DNA of 24,667 nucleotides from Abditibacterium sp. (lineage in GTDB: Bacteria > Armatimonadota > Abditibacteriia > Abditibacteriales > Abditibacteriaceae): the NCBI GenBank assembly GCA_965199495.1, contig CBDASK010000001.1, positions 1 through 24,667 of the forward strand, given 5' to 3'. This document shows, one piece after another, positions 24,099-24,667 of this stretch. Position 1 is the first letter of the stretch, and each line of letters opens with the position of its first letter. The position numbers and the translations under genes were made by a program. Under the pieces are notes generated by a model. The model was not told the origin of the DNA and did not search any database. It saw only the letters and a list, made by a program, of their open reading frames with translations.

Positions 24099-24667
24099 TG
24101 ATTTTAGCGATTGGAAACGTCAAAGGCGGCGTCGGAAAAACCACGCTGGCCGTTAATCTGGCAATCGCCCTCACCCAAAGCGGACGCGATATTTTATTAA
24201 TTGACGGCGACGAGCAGGGCACAGCCGCCGCTTTTACCGAACTACGAACAGCGGAAAAAGGTAGTCCCGGCTACACCGCCGTTTCTTTGCAGGGCACAGC
24301 TATTCGCACCCAAGTCCGCCAGCTTGCGCCCAAATATGCCGATATTGTGATTGATGTCGGCGGACGCGACACGGGCAGTTTGCGCGCAGCTCTCACGGTG
24401 GCCGACGTGGTTTTAATTCCCGTCAAACCGCGCAGCTTCGATATTTGGGGCGTTGACCAAACCGCCGATCTTATCAAAGAAGCGCGTGAAGTGAACGACC
24501 AGTTGCGCGCCTTTGCCGTGCTGAATGAAGCCGACGCGCAGGGCAAGGATAACGCCGCCGCAATTGAGGCTTTGGCCGAAATTGAGGGAATAGAAATCGC
24601 CCCCGTTTTGATTGTGCGCCGCAAAGCATTTCCCAACGCCGCCGCCAGTGGATTATCAGTTTTGGAA
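24098..24667 (+). CDS. parA: ParA-family (short, type Ib) partition ATPase, 5' part; continues across the circular join at 18..107 (219 aa total)
   Basis: Hand-translated; missing from the ORF track. [16 protein letters not shown] (deviant Walker A), [33 protein letters not shown] at 24087-24090. No stop before the window end. Confidence 0.95.
   Translation, partial: MILAIGNVKGGVGKTTLAVNLAIALTQSGRDILLIDGDEQGTAAAFTELRTAEKGSPGYTAVSLQGTAIRTQVRQLAPKYADIVIDVGGRDTGSLRAALTVADVVLIPVKPRSFDIWGVDQTADLIKEAREVNDQLRAFAVLNEADAQGKDNAAAIEALAEIEGIEIAPVLIVRRKAFPNAAASGLSVLE
24651..24667 (+). repeat. 17-nt terminal direct repeat identical to positions 1-17 (circular assembly overlap)
   Basis: GATTATCAGTTTTGGAA occurs at both ends. 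Confidence 0.95.

Overview
This window looks like a complete circular plasmid of about 24,650 bp. The last 17 nt repeat the first 17 nt, and a parA gene reads in frame across the join. The backbone has parA plus a small RHH partner, with 11-bp repeat arrays on both sides of parA. It also has a RepA_C-type initiator, an iteron origin with two DnaA boxes, a DUF1778/GNAT toxin-antitoxin pair, ArdC and a small serine recombinase with res-like palindromes. The MOBQ mobilisation module consists of oriT, mobC, a mobA relaxase broken by one in-frame TAA, and a VirD4-like coupling protein; there are no mating-pair genes. The most unusual region is a divergent cargo island at about 15.5-21.9 kb. It holds two unrelated signal-peptide-bearing toxin-immunity pairs on scaffolds I do not recognise as Rhs, CdiA, LXG, PAAR or MafB, together with two polytopic membrane proteins and a secreted CxxC thioredoxin. 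Other points of interest are a tandem paralogous domain pair in the conjugative leading region, two large ssDNA-promoter-like stem-loops sharing a loop motif, two unannotated proteins under 60 aa, and a pilin-like gene without a leader peptide. All family calls come from motifs recognised by eye, not from database searches.
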